A DNA stretch of 64,000 bases from Bigelowiella natans CCMP2755 (GCA_000320545.1 ADNK01003512.1:2956-66955); one strand, 5' to 3'; shown: positions 25,307 to 39,686, counted from the first letter of the stretch. Translations and numbers: made by a program. The notes: a model not told the origin generated them from the letters alone.

Positions 25307-26340
25307 GAGACGAGAGCATTATGTGGATTCTTACTTTGCCCTCCATTTAACATCACGTTTTCTGCGGTTTGTAAACCAGTGATGGATTTGCTTCAAGGAA
25401 AGTCCAGTTAACCGAAGCAATTCTTCCCTGATAATGAGAGTAATGATAATGATGATGATGAGTTCCAAAGCTTCGTAAAGGACTAATGGCCAACATATTG
25501 CAATGGCCCCACCTATCAAGACTAGTTAATCTCTTTATGCCATTAGTCATTATTGATCATTAGAGTCTTAAACCTCTCGTCGTCTGAAGGATATGGATCA
25601 GCGACATTACTCTCAAACCAAGCTGACAGTATTTCACGCGCTTTGCGTGGCAACTTTCTCCGTCGTTGTTTGAGCTGCTTCAGGCTAATCTTTGTAGCAG
25701 ATACAATCCTCTTTGACTTACTTTTCAACGCCACAGAGGATGATTCTATTTCTTCCATTTCCGCCTCCTCCTCTTCGTCCTCTTCTTGTTTCAACCGCAC
25801 ATCGCTTCCACTCGAGTATTCTTCTTTTTTATCTTTCTGTTCCACTTGCAACGACTCGAAATCTCTGTTCGAACGATTTTCGTCGTCGTCGTCGGTCGTC
25901 AATGAATCACATGCTGAAGAGAGGCTGTTACTACTGCTGCAACGACGGTACATGTTTGAATAGAAGCACGCGGACTTGGCTCTGAACTCAAGAGATTGAG
26001 GGGGGGGCTCGTTGAGTTGCTGATCGCTACTGAATGCGTCCAGCAATGAGCCTACAAATTTCTCAGCAACAAGATGAGGCTCAGTCTTAGCTTGCTCCGC
26101 TTCTTTCAGGGCCTCGTAGTCGAGTTCTGTCTCTTCTTCCCCATTATCCTCTAATTCTGAGAACTTATGTGCTATATTTTTGCTGCGAGCATCAGTCCCT
26201 GAATCACGCTGTCCGCCATAGAATGTAGGGAAGAGAGGCATTAGTACATCATAGGCACTTTCCTCAACATCGTGAATTGAAGCTTCGTTCAGGCTGAGAT
26301 CAAGAGAGGTGATGCACATCTTGTGGTCTGGGAGGGTCAT
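24630..26340 (-). CDS. TALE-class homeodomain transcription factor, paralog 1 (multi-exon; 3' end approximate)
   Basis: Spliced RRRKLPRKAREILSAWFESNVADPYPSDDER|EELLRLTGLSLKQIHHWFTNRRKRDVKWRAK|YLFRGRGRRPK, showing the PYP loop extension and WFxN helix 3. Start MTLPD at 26340 matches paralog 2. Confidence 0.88.
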
Positions 26341-26479
26341 GGCCAAGATGCGTGGAAGCGCGAGTTTTGGCTTGTGAGGCAGGAGACACTGGATGAAGCG
26401 TTCGATGTAATAAGAAAGGAGACTTATTTCATTTTCGGCTGCGTAGTAGCGCAACTACTCAGATGATGCAGTGAATGAA

Positions 26480-28002
26480 AATTTAGTTCTCCAATGATTG
26501 TTGCCACATCTTGCACCTCCCACGTGGTCATAACAACCGTCACTCTTCATCAAATGCTTGGATTCATTGCTTGCGACTAGAGAACAACTCGTGCAGCACA
26601 TCAGCACATCCTAAAGCTCAGGTTTGAGGACCTTGACCTGAGAATGTTGCCGAATTATTATTGACACACGGGTGGCCATCAAGCTAAGCATAAGTGCTTC
26701 CATGAATCTCAACCCACATGAGAAATACATCACGTTGTGAATAAAGCACACAGTTGCCATGAAGGTCTTGCCAACTTGACCGTTCTGACAACCTTGCCTT
26801 TGTGGATGATGTGTGTCGCGAGTGGTGAACGCTTACCATTTCTTACACTTTTTTGATCTCATTCGGAAAAACATCTTGGATTTCCTTGCCTGCGACAAAA
26901 GGGGACATTGTAGCGGATGTGCGAGCACCCCACGTGGGTTGCTTGTGCAAGTCAATGCAGCTAAAGACATGCGCTAATGTGCTGCAGATCACAATACACG
27001 ACCAGACGTGCGCAGTGTCCACGAATCTGCTACGTCAAATTGTGCATGCGCATTTCAAGCGGATTGCATGGTTTGCCGACATTCAGAGCACGAGCTTGAG
27101 AGTCAATCAGGTCCACCATTTCACAAAAAAACGACTTGGATTGTGCTGAACGACAAGCAAAAATGGTGCGACTTGAACACATCTAGACATGTCAACGGGC
27201 CTTGTTGCTTTTCATTGTCACAGTGGCCTCTTGTTCTGAGCTTCTCGCTGCTGGAATTGCAGGACTTCGATGTTGCTTGAGCAATGGCGTGAAAACGTGG
27301 AAAGTGGGAACAAGCCGAGGTGGCAAACCACCTCAACCTGCGCAGAAAGTGCTGCTGGGCTGGCATCGTGAAAGTCGTGCATGTCAGCTTCATGGTCTTG
27401 CGTGTGCGTGTGCAAATCGTTCGCACACAACACACACGCACACACGTGCACACACACAAGCCTTTGTTGAAGTTCCTGGTCACAGTCAGGACGAGTGCGC
27501 TGCATTGTTCTCTTGGCCCTCAGTCGTGATGCCTCCTTGCAGCCACGCACGCCAAGTTTGCACCGTTGTGTGTCATGTGTGCTGGTTTGTTGGAGAGTCC
27601 TCTGAACTCGTTGTTTCAGTCGAGGCACTGCGCTTCGATTCGTGCTTGACAGGCTTTGCAAGTGTCGCACTTGCACACTTGCAGTGCGTGCTCTGGTCCT
27701 CATCGCTCGCATCAAAGGGATCGCAAATTGTTGACGTGACGAACGTTTTGGCGGTGTGGGCGAGCTGACGTGTGTCATTCATGCTGGCATGCCACAGTGC
27801 CAATCACTCAGTGGAGAGCAAAACAACGTGTGAAAGCATTGATGTGACACATCGTGCCATGCAAGGATCAGCGGTGTGCATCACATCACGGCCAGGTCAT
27901 CGACGCACGTGCAACGTTCGACGCAATGGTTTGAGCTGGCAGGGAGCAAAATGATTTTGCGATGGTGGGGGAGGAAACAGCTGGTGTGACTGAAACGAAA
28001 AT
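26480..28002 (+). pseudogene. TpA-depleted relic, possibly of a non-LTR retrotransposon reverse transcriptase
   Basis: Plus-strand fragments in RT-like order: LFIKCLDSLL (~26545), NLAFVDDV (~26790-26812), ISFGKT...HVGC (YLG-like after Y->H/C). 27186-28002 contains no TA at all. Confidence 0.4.
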
Positions 28003-28636
28003 TACCACACGATTCTGGTGAAACAAAGTATGGCTAGCTTGTGTCCAGATGATTCTCGTTTGTGGCATGATGAAATAGAACTGTCATGCATGCTCAAAGA
28101 AAAGCAGAATGGTTCCCGGCTTTGACTGCTTCGATTTGTACCACGTTCGGAACTCCTGGAAAGACATCTTGCCGTCGCGATTCTTGTCTGCTTCCTTCAA
28201 ATGAAATCAAATCAAACAAGAAGTGAGTTGCGAATGTCAGTGTTAGTTTACTGTCGTGGAATAGTGTGTTGCAACCATAAAACACGCAATGGCCGTTTCA
28301 TGCCCGAGTACAAATGGTGAGAGCCCTTCCTGTAAATATATCATGCATACGGAGTTACTAATTCACAGACTGGAATGAAGAGAACGGAATAAATCGATCC
28401 TAACGTCCTAAGTCTCAGCTCAGCAATACCTTTAGACTGCTTTGAGTGAGCATGAATGCAGTCTTGAAAAAAAGCTGTATGTACCTATGAAATTTACAAG
28501 GATGGATTACCAACAACCCATTTCATTTACTTTCTATCACCACCCTTGTTATGGCCTCACTTGCTCTATAGCCTTTACATTGTGCGATGTATTAAGCAAT
28601 CCATCTATATGCATTTATACAAAAATAATTCAATAC

Positions 28637-28678
<42 letters not shown>

Positions 28679-28757
28679 CATATAAAATAAATATGAATTT
28701 ATAATGTACGTAGCAAAGGAGTAAAATCGAGCATTTGCATGCTCATGAAAGAAATGC

Positions 28758-28998
28758 TTACTCCTCCATTTCGTAGAAATTAATGAAACCATCTCCATCC
28801 TGTATGATATATAAAAACACAGTTAATGAAGACATGCAAGATAAAACTTGGATCAAGGTTGCCCCGTAGAATGTGTACTCAGTGCGAGGTTCATTTCAGG
28901 CTAGTTCTACTTTGGATGAGTTTCAGGAAGTAAATTCATCATAAATGTTCCATCATGAAATTCATTCAAATGGCTTCTATATAATGATCATTAACCTA

Positions 28999-29078
<80 letters not shown>

Positions 29079-29348
29079 CGTGCATGCATTAATCATGGTG
29101 TAGAAGGCTTCGCCTCTGCTCGAGACAACCTCATCAAGTCCTTTGAAAAGTTGCATGATTTTCTCCTCGAGGGTTCCTGAGTAATTAGTAGTAGTTATTG
29201 TATGCATTGTCGGGTTTACTATTGCTAACTGCTGGTTCAACGACAACAACTACTTCTATATAGATCAGTACGAACAAATTGACACACGATTTACCATTAC
29301 ACAGGACCGACATCCCAACTAAAAACTCCTTAGCGTCTATCACACCTG

Positions 29349-29387
<39 letters not shown>

Positions 29388-31759
29388 GTTATTCTTTTTT
29401 CATATTTGAAAAACTTTGTCGATACTATAGGGCTATTTAATGGCAACATTTGAAATGATCATCGGTACGGCCCATATATAGATCAATTGGTATATTCGTC
29501 GTCGTCGTCGTCATCATGATATCCATCCAATATTCTCCACCAATGATTACTCTGATATTATTAGTCGAATAACCGTTGCCATGTAGGTCGAATGTACCCA
29601 TGATTTCATTTATCTGACAATGGGGGATGGAGAGTAAGAGAGGCAAAGAGAAAGAGGTTAGCGAGAGAGAGACTCACATACGCATGGTAACTTACATTGA
29701 AGGTGATAAAGTCATTCATTTCGATCATCTATTCCTACTTCCTAAAAAGGTACATGAACCGTGCGTTGCACATGTGTATAGTGTGCAAGCCCTTGTCCTG
29801 GGATGAAACATTGCACTCTCTTTTCTAGCGCCTAATAAACGAAGGTTGATAAAGAGGAGGAAAGAGAAGAATTAACATCTGCAGACTGCAAAAGGCAATG
29901 GAATATCACCTTCTTGGTAATGAGTCCTTCCTTGTCTTTGCATTGATGGTACAACTTCCGCACCTTTTTTTCGTTAAAAGTCAAACGAATAAGCAACGAT
30001 ACAGCGGGGTAGAGGAAAAGAAAATAGATTGAAAATTTAGGAAGATAGAGCGTACTGGGTATAAGGTATAAGTCATCAACGCCGAGAAATAATATTAGCT
30101 TATGGTTTGGCAAAATAACCAACTTGCGATGCTGTGAGCTTGCTTAGGAGCGTGGTTTGCCTGACCTCAAGGATTCTATCGATCTATTTGATTGATACAG
30201 AACAGCATACGGCAGAGGTTTATTGGATAATTCGAAAATGAAGGTCTGCGAGAATTAGCAACTCATAAGCTTACAGTTCAGTACTATTCTTGGCGATGAT
30301 AATTATGATGATGAAGAAAATGATGATGATGATTATCATCATAGGACACAACTTAAAATCATATTATTGAAAACAATCCTACACGAAACTACTTTAAATA
30401 TCATCTGTATCCTGCTAAGATTGGGCTGGACGCCCCCACAAAGCACAATGTCAAAATCTTCTAGTATCATAGAGAGGGTAGGCAAGTAGTCGAGATACAA
30501 GCTAATACTTCAAACATTCTATCTTCTTCTGTAATGAATGCTAACCTCTCTCGGATGAAGCTTCAACACAGGGGAGCGTGATTGGTGACGATGACTGTTG
30601 TGCTTAATGCCCTTTGTCCATATGTTTTCCATCACACCTTGGCGTTTTGACTGGCGGCTGTGGCGTAGGACTCTACCACCACGCGTGCTGTAGTCGAAAG
30701 TATCGTTAGTGCTGCTACTTTCCTCGCTATTTTTTATTGCCGTTCGCGGAATGTCGTTGCCGATGTGGCTAGAATCATCACTGTTCCACAAGTGCATGGG
30801 GGCGTTTATCCTTTTTTTCCTCTGGTTAATCACACGTAGAGGTTGACTCCTGGACCTATGAGTCGTCGGGACATTCGCAGATCGAGGAGGCCTTCTAGAG
30901 TGGCAATTTCGTACGGTTGCGACAAATCCTTCCATCCCCCTGCCCCCCTCAACCAAATCTTCCTCCAGGTCATTATTACCTCTTTCGTTTTTGTCGTAAC
31001 CCCTCTTACTTTCACCACCAAAAGCACATCTGGATATTAACGAAATGTCATGTGAAGCCCTAAATCTATTACATATTAATACATGATAGTGGATGGCGAT
31101 TCGTACTGATAATTATGAATAGAATGATGTTGATGACGAAATTGGTAACACCGCGATAGTTGATGTAATGGAAGATAAAGGCATGAATCAGTAAACCGAC
31201 CGGCTGCTTACTGATTTATAGCTTTACGTTGTTACCAACTTCGTCATCAACATCATTCTCATCATAATTATCGGTACGAAATGCCATCGTCAATTAACAC
31301 TATAAGTGAAGTATTGAATAGCTGTCCATATCAACAAAGAGCACAGCCACGTACATATCTGATCGAAGTGGTTGTGCAGCTGAAAACGCTGGGGCAACGA
31401 GGGAAAATCTACATTCCTCGAATTGAGAAGATGCTCCACACAGAATCTGAAAGAAAATGATGATGAAGCGATGCAACAAAGACGACCACAAGAAAGAATG
31501 TCCATACATATAATCGATTAAATCCATTCATTCCAGGATTGCGGTGACGTAGATGAGCTTAGATTTTGATACCGAGAGGGGAATATTGATGTTCGTTTTG
31601 CAATCCCTAAGAACGCAGACAGGAGCTGAAAGCTTAAATGCAGCCTGAATCAGCATCTGAAAACAATCGATCATGGATAGGAGAATAGGGAAACATGAGA
31701 CAGTTCGGATGCTTCAAGATGGCGGCAAACGAGACAGAGGTGGGCTTCCTTCTAATGTT

Positions 31760-31794
<35 letters not shown>

Positions 31795-32095
31795 CTCAAG
31801 AATAATGGCTATTGCTACGGCCAAATATGAGAAGTTACGACTACAAATAATTAATACAAGAGCACAAGACCCCGATTTGCTTATCGCAGATTCCTTCGAT
31901 CAATGCTAGTGTCTTCATTGAATTTCCATTCACTACTTTCACGTACCTATCGCAGGGTATTGAACGATGCGAGTAAGGCATTTCTTCATTTATTTATATA
32001 ATCATTTATGTACATGTTCACTTCGCTCATTCCATATCGTATTACCGAACTCTGGGCAAGAATGTATCCTCTGCCATCGGCTGTCCAGCTTCCAT
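28758..32095 (-). CDS. EF-hand calcium-binding protein (calcineurin-B/NCS-like C-terminus) with long low-complexity N-terminal region; multi-exon, ends approximate
   Basis: Minus-strand exons KVRKLYHQCKDKEGLITKK, INEIMGTFDLHGN|GVIDAKEFLVGMSVL, GTLEEKIMQLFKGLD, DGDGFINFYEMEE. GTLEEK followed by EF loops is typical of the CBL/NCS family. Confidence 0.7.
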
Positions 32096-33196
32096 CACGT
32101 TTATGCTACACTGGATCGTGGACTCTCTTATTTGCCACTCTCCCCTTTCGCGTAGTTCTGTTCATAACGGCGAAGAAATTAGGGGGTTCGTGCAATTACT
32201 TTCGAATTTTCCCGCCCATGTACCCCACCACCATACACTAAATTCATGTTGGAACACAACGTTCGGAGACACATAATATTGCGAACGAACAAACACAGTG
32301 AGCCTCATTACTTCACCCCAAAAATCCTAACAATGGCTTCAGGAAGGATCCTTTGGCCCTGGGTATGTGGGGTGTCAATAAAAAAGTTACAACCAACCAC
32401 CTCCATCTTCACCTTGATCCTTCATCTTTTTTCTTTCATCATGGCGCAGGCATGCATGCAATCACTCATAACACAGTAGCGATCCGGTAACTGATCAATA
32501 AAACGGCTTTTGTTGTTGTTATTGTTGTTAAGATGTGGAATTGTAGATCAAAACCGAATTGATGAATTTGGGACTATGAATGCCTTCACAATGACCTTGT
32601 TTCAGGTTGGTCCAAAAAATATACCGCTTCTGACCAAAATGGTAAATCTTTGTTGCAACCTCCACTTGAGAGGCAAAATATCCAACATGGATACGTCAAG
32701 GATTCGCCTTCCACGGATTTACTGCATATTGTTCTCGCAATGATGACTCGATTAATTCATTCAGATAGAGGTCTGCGACAACAGCTAACAACAATGACGA
32801 CAACAATGACGACAACAACAACAATGATACTCGTACACTAGGTAACTGGTAAAAAGAATATTTTAAAGAATCTCCCTCTTACTTCCATGATTTGTTTAAT
32901 TATCTAAAATTCTATAAAATCGCATGTATTTTTGGTTTTCTGCAGGCTTGATATGTTAAAAGTCGTTCGAAGAGAAAATGATCGAACACGAGATAAGGAG
33001 GAAATAACGGCCAAAAAAGCGGCCTGGTCTGGCGCCAAATTTCCTTTCTCGGTCCCTCTTTTAGCGCGCCAAAAGCCTTACACTCGCAGATGTAGGGCGT
33101 CTATAAACAAAAAGATCGCATATTATTTGTCGCAGTTGTAATAAACGTCGGACTCTTCTTCGAGTAAAAATCTTCTCGGCTCTTTGCGCCAGCGAA

Positions 33197-33822
33197 ATGG
33201 CTGCTTACGGCTCCTCTAGCCCTCCCAACGAGCCCACGCGACCTATCCTCCTAGGCCCTTCGATGAGGACATCGATGAAATCCTCGACCCGACGACTTCA
33301 GGCCTTGAGCCTGATGATCCTCGTGGTTGGGTTCGTTACTTGTATTAGAGTAACAAGAGCCCCCCACGCGCTGAGTAGGGGATTGGCAGCGCAGCGACAG
33401 AGTGTTAAGGTTATGGCCAGTCAGTTCCAGGACCACCGACCAAAGAGGTTAAACTTCGCTATTTCGTTTTTGGTGGATTGTATGGGCACCTTGTTTGGAG
33501 TGAAAAGCCTGAAGAGGCAACAAGATTCGAAAATAAATCTCTAGTGCTACGTGTGCTACGTGGTCGCTGCTGCCAGTCCCTATTTACTTTCAGACTCTGT
33601 CTTTGCCGTGGGCCATTTTTTGTTTCGCGAATCGAATGCCTTACCTACAACAAACTCTGTATAAATTTAGCGGATCAAGCTCATCGTTGGGCAAAAACAT
33701 GAAGAAGAAGAATGGGGGACTACCTGGGATCACGATCTTGCCTGGCGACTCTCCTCGACTGCAGCAACGCGTCAATGCTGACAGCTACAGTGCTGTGTCT
33801 GTACCCTCTGAGGTTGTTGATA

Positions 33823-33872
<50 letters not shown>

Positions 33873-34826
33873 AAAAAAAAGGAAGAGACAACCCTCCCTC
33901 CTCAAAAAACTACTCGATATTATGAGTCGCCGACAGCGTGATGATTGTAGACTGATAATGTACTCAGCTCGCTGCAATCGGCGCATTCTCATTCCTTTCT
34001 TTTCAATTTATTTGCCTCTTTTTTCCTATCCACAATTGAAAACATGATGACACACACACACACACACACAAAGCATGTTAAAGCAGCATCTGCATTCTAA
34101 ATGGAGATAGATTCATAATCTGTTGTTGTTATTGCTGTTGTTGCATGCAGTCGGCTAAAGCACCATGCAGTATCAAAGTTGTTGGTGTTGGGGGCGGCGG
34201 AGGCAACACTGTCAACCGTAAGACAATTTCTAAGCATAAAAAAATAGTATCGAATGTGCGTAATTCCGGCCATCTTGGCCCGATTGATGGTAATTATCTC
34301 ACGTGAATTTCTTATTGTTCGCCATCATTATTGTTATTAGGCATGATCGAGTCCATTGACGAGGAAGATGCTAGCGTCGAGTTCTGGGCAGTCAATACAG
34401 ACGTGCAGGTAGTAATTATTTACAGGAACACACGCCAATGATATAAAAACGCCAATGTGAGTCTTTATGATATGAATTTGAATATAGCACACACACGCAC
34501 ATTCGCACGTACGCACACACATGCTACTCCTCCTCCTCCTCCTCCTCCTCCTCCTCCTCCTTCCTTCAAAGTTTGTATTCTAATGAATCGTTTTGTTAAA
34601 GGCCTTATGCAAATCGAAAGCTCCTAATAGGATTCAAATAGGGCCCAGTAAGCAACACCAGCACACTTTTATATTGTAAATTAACGCCTGAGAAAGGGGG
34701 GCGGACATGTTTTGGCTAAGACAATACACATATATTTATTCTATGTATGAATAACGACGTACTACTCTATTCACCAGGCACTACAAAAGGACTAGGAGCA
34801 GGAGCGAAACCTACAATTGGTATTAC

Positions 34827-34858
<32 letters not shown>

Positions 34859-35320
34859 ATAGTAATTGTGTTAGTAGTGGTAGTAGTGTAATGGTAGTAG
34901 TTACGTGTAATACACGCAAACACACACACACACACACAATCATCATCCTCTATTTATAAATATTGACAGTTCCTCCTCCTATTTATCACAACGGATAATC
35001 CCTCCCTCCCTCTTCAGGTCGAGCTGCTGCTGTGGAAAGCGTCAAGGCTATTGAATCAGCTCTCAGCAAGACAGATATGGTGGTGTACATAACAGTGAGA
35101 ATGATGACACCACGTCAATGTCCCTCGAATGGAGCAGAGCGTAGTAGCCATCATCATATGCCGGACCCTCGTCATCATCATCATGATCGTGTGACGTTCA
35201 TCGTAATCTATCTCAGGTTTTCGTAACTGCTGGTATGGGTGGGGGCACTGGCTCTGGAGCAACTCCCGTTATCGCCGAGGTAGGTCCATAATAACAGCAG
35301 TCATCAAGGAGATTGCTCTG

Positions 35321-35355
<35 letters not shown>

Positions 35356-36634
35356 TTGTTGTTGTCGTCATCATCCCATTACCCACAATCCACATTCATA
35401 AAACACATCCTTCCTTGCAAACTAGCGATACTGCTTCAATAATGAAAAGAATAATATGATATTAATATCTATTATTAATAGATAATAATTATTAATAACA
35501 ATGATCAGGTGGCGAGGAGAGCCGGAAGTTTAACGGTAGGGATTGTCACCAAACCATTTGGTTTTGAAGGACAGGTACTACGATTTTACATTTTGATGCT
35601 GCTACTATGACAACAACAACAACAACAACAACTGCTACTACTACTACTACTACTACTACTACTGTTGCTGCTGCTGCTGCAACTACCACCACTACTAAAG
35701 ATGCTGGTATCATTACTACTAAGCTCGCACACCACCACCACCACCACAACCTTAAAGGATTTTTATTACCGTTGCTGCCTTGTTATTCAACGAGATGGCT
35801 GCTGCTGATGCTCTATGTGCCTTTGTGTAATACTACTAGATTCGAATGAACCAAGCTGTTGGGGCGATAGAAGAGCTGAGGTACGACTAAAAGTAGAATT
35901 ACAATCAAGGGAGGGAGGGGGGGGAGGGGGTTCTGTAGTGAGAACAAGAGGAGTGGGGGAAAAGAACAACTAGTTTCAGATTATTTTAGTATAAAAGCGT
36001 TGCAGGAATTTGAACTAATGTATATTCCTCCTCCATTAACTCACATATTCCTCATCCAAAAGGAAACAAGTTGATATTCTCATCGTCGTTTCGAACGACC
36101 GTCTCTTGGAGGTAATAAATATTTCTAAATTTTTTAAAAAGAAATGAATTTTTTTAAATTTATTTATATATATATTTATTTATAGGGCGAGAAAAAAAAA
36201 AAAAAAAAAGGGGGTGGGGGGGGGGAGGGAGATAGAAAATATACTGATTGAGTGAGTATTTAAGTGATGTTGCAATATTGCGTAATACATCGGGACTGTT
36301 GGTAATGAATTGTTTGTGAATCACGAAGGTATCGCCCTCTGATCTACCACTGCAAGAGGCCTTCATCCTTGCTGATAACATCCTGAGGTAGTAGTAGTAA
36401 AAGTAGTTGTAGCTCATCCAGGGATAGGGGGAGGGGGAGGCCGGAATATTGAGAGGATAGGAGCATAAGAGAAGAATCAATGAAAGATCGAGTCAGAATC
36501 GAGTGATAACCGCCAATATCATCGGCATTATCATCGGCATCATTCATCATTGTCATCATCTATCAGGCAAGGTATAGTTGGTATCTCGGAGATCATCACG
36601 AAACCGGTGAATTTATACCCAACACGACACATAC

Positions 36635-36702
<68 letters not shown>

Positions 36703-37174
36703 ATAATGCTGAACTTGGTGGCATCAGAGAGCAAAAAAATAAACCGATCAACACACACAGCAAAACACAACACACACCGTTCATACGACTTCTGATGATC
36801 CAACATCATGTGTTGCCACAAACGACGACAGGGACTCATCAACGTGGACTTTGCGGACGTTCGCAGTGTGATGCAAAATGCTGGTCTTGCTCTCATGGGA
36901 ATTGGCCGGTAATGATAATAATGATGCTTATTATTTCTTTTTTATTTGAACACTGTCTATCAGCCTCCTGGAAGAAAGAGTAGCATCATCAAAAATCCTC
37001 TTTTATATATACCTTCTCCTGCTCCTCCGCCTCATTGTTGTGATTTTTGTGTGTGTGGCATATGACAAATACAGCGGTTCGGGCAAGAATCGTGCTCAGG
37101 ACGCAGCTCTAGCAGCTGTTACATCGCCGCTTCTAGATTTCCCTATACAACAGGCAATATCAAAGAGAAGACAC

Positions 37175-37208
<34 letters not shown>

Positions 37209-38862
37209 TCATCTTCGTCTTTACTTTACCACCGTATCCTTATGAGATTGATTCCTCTCCAAACAGGCTAAGGGTGTAGTGTACACGGTGACTGGTAACA
37301 AGGACATGTCCTTGACGGAAGTAGCGCAAGTTTCTAACGTGATTCAGAAGATGGTTGGCCAAGACGCCAATGTCATTTTCGGAGCACTTATCGATGAGAA
37401 CATGGTAAGAATAGATGCGGAAGATCTCTACCATACGACTACTTGTTGCACAACTTATTGACTACTATGATAATGGAAGAAGGGACAAGTTTGTCGTCAG
37501 CAGCGCTCTTGCAGCAGATAGATAATATATATTAGGGATCTTTGTTTCTCACTGTCGTCGTCATCATCATCATTCCTTATCCTGCTGCTGCCTAATGATG
37601 AACCCAACCACCAGGGCGATGAGATGTCTGTGATAGTCGTGGCCACAAACTTTGAAGACCCTGAGGTAGTAATGATAATGACAATAATGGCAAGAAAGCC
37701 ATCATGTAGAGTAGCATGTGGTAAATGCATAATCAAACACTTATGCTCGCTCTTGTGTGGTGCTAATTACACCTAAAACACACTATTTGACAATAAACAT
37801 GACTTCTATTATCTAACTGCTTTCTTTACATTCTCAGACGGCGGGTGCTCTTTCTCAAGCAGCTCCTGGCGCGAGTAAGGGGGGGGGGGGAGGGGGGAGA
37901 TGATAACGATGAGGAGGATGATACGACACAACGATAACAACAACAATGATGACGACACATAAAAAGAAGCATCTTCATTCGTTGTTATCCGTACGCATAG
38001 TAGCACAAAACAGATTGTAGCAGTAGTTAACGGTACATAGCCAACTACCATCCCTCCAAGTAGATTCCATTGTGATAGGAATTGCGATTGATCATCTTGT
38101 TGTTGTTGCGCCATCATCATGTGCTAATTCTCTCCTGTCGGCCACCATCATTGCATTGATGAATGTAGGTCGCTCTACTGCTGAGTCGATATTAAAGAAC
38201 AACTTCGGACCAGGAAACTACGGTGAGAAGAAGAAGAAGAAGAAGAAGAAGAAGAAGAAGAACCATTATAAAAGATGCAGCTTCTCCCTATCTCACCATC
38301 TCGCTATTGCAGCAAGATGCAGAAGATATCGATGATGATGATGATGATGAAGATGATGATGTGTACTTCTTAATTATATATTCGAGGCGATTATATGATG
38401 AGATTAGTATGGTTTTTCCGCACACCAGGCATAGGGAACATGCCACCACAGGAAACCTCATACAACCAAGCTAATGCTGCATCAGCACCATCGTACAATA
38501 GCCCCCCCCCTTCCTCCATGGCTGCTCCTGAGACCGCAATACCGGAAATGCCAAAGCGAATCGCCAAAGAACCACCAAAAACTCTCAGGGGTAAATTCAA
38601 AAGAATTACTGAATATTAGTAACAATACTCGCAAATTAGCAGCAGCAGCACTGAAGGTGATGAAATCACTGTATATGGTAATCATACATGCTACGATGAG
38701 AGGATGGCAGATCAAAAGAGAAAAACTGATGATCAAATTTTACTCGAGAATAGCAAATATCATCTCTAAATTCTATTATACCAAACAACCCCTCTAGGCA
38801 AAGCAAAGAGGCTGGCCGGCAACATCCTTCGCCGCGCATTGGGAAAACGAAGGAATGATTAG
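33197..38862 (+). CDS. ftsZ: Nuclear-encoded plastid division protein FtsZ with bipartite targeting leader; about 20 short exons
   Basis: [116 protein letters not shown]; hydrophobic signal in exon 1; stop TAG 38860-38862. Confidence 0.95.
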
Positions 38863-39686
38863 GCTTTGACTACTGCTGTCGTCTAGCTTGCTTGTTCTAC
38901 TCGGCGCGTAGCTATGGAGTCACGCATTCACATTAGCTTCGGGTAGCTTTTCGAGTCGTGGGATGGTAACGATGACGCATACCGAGAAATAATAACATAC
39001 AAACAATTTACATTAGCAAATAAGGAGAAGCAAGTTGCATGAGCGTATGATGATTAAATGTAATACCGTGTTACATGCAGATGTAATGCATTATGTTTCC
39101 TGCTGTGATCGAATCCTCAATTTGCACATCACATGTATGCTCGTACCCTATCCAGCGAACTCATAGCACTAGAGCACTGACACGCCGCAATCTTAAACTA
39201 CTAGACATGATATAATGAATTTCGATCGCACATCTCTATAATGACACTAGCCATCCGGCGGATGGTGCACGGAGTATGAGCAAAGGCGACTGCGCGGACG
39301 CAACAGCCGCGTCTATTACTAAGTATTTTAAGATATGTCTAGACGTTGCCTGTGAGCACATGTGCAAGCGTCGGACGATTGGAAGGTCGAATAGCGTGTT
39401 TACATGCACCCGCTTATTGCATAGCTACATGTACATATAATAATGAGCATTGAACAAATTTAATGGATCAATTACATCCATCTTACATGCTATGCATCCT
39501 TGTTATTGCTGTTATGCATGTCGATCACAACATTGCTGCACTACTGCACTACCCGTAGCTTGTGCACGCGTATATGTTTCTGATGTACGTTATTGTCGTG
39601 AGTACGTACATGCAGCAATCTTCATAATCTATTTTACTGCCGACAGATGCATAAATGCTGATTTAGCTCTTCGTAGATTCCCTTTC

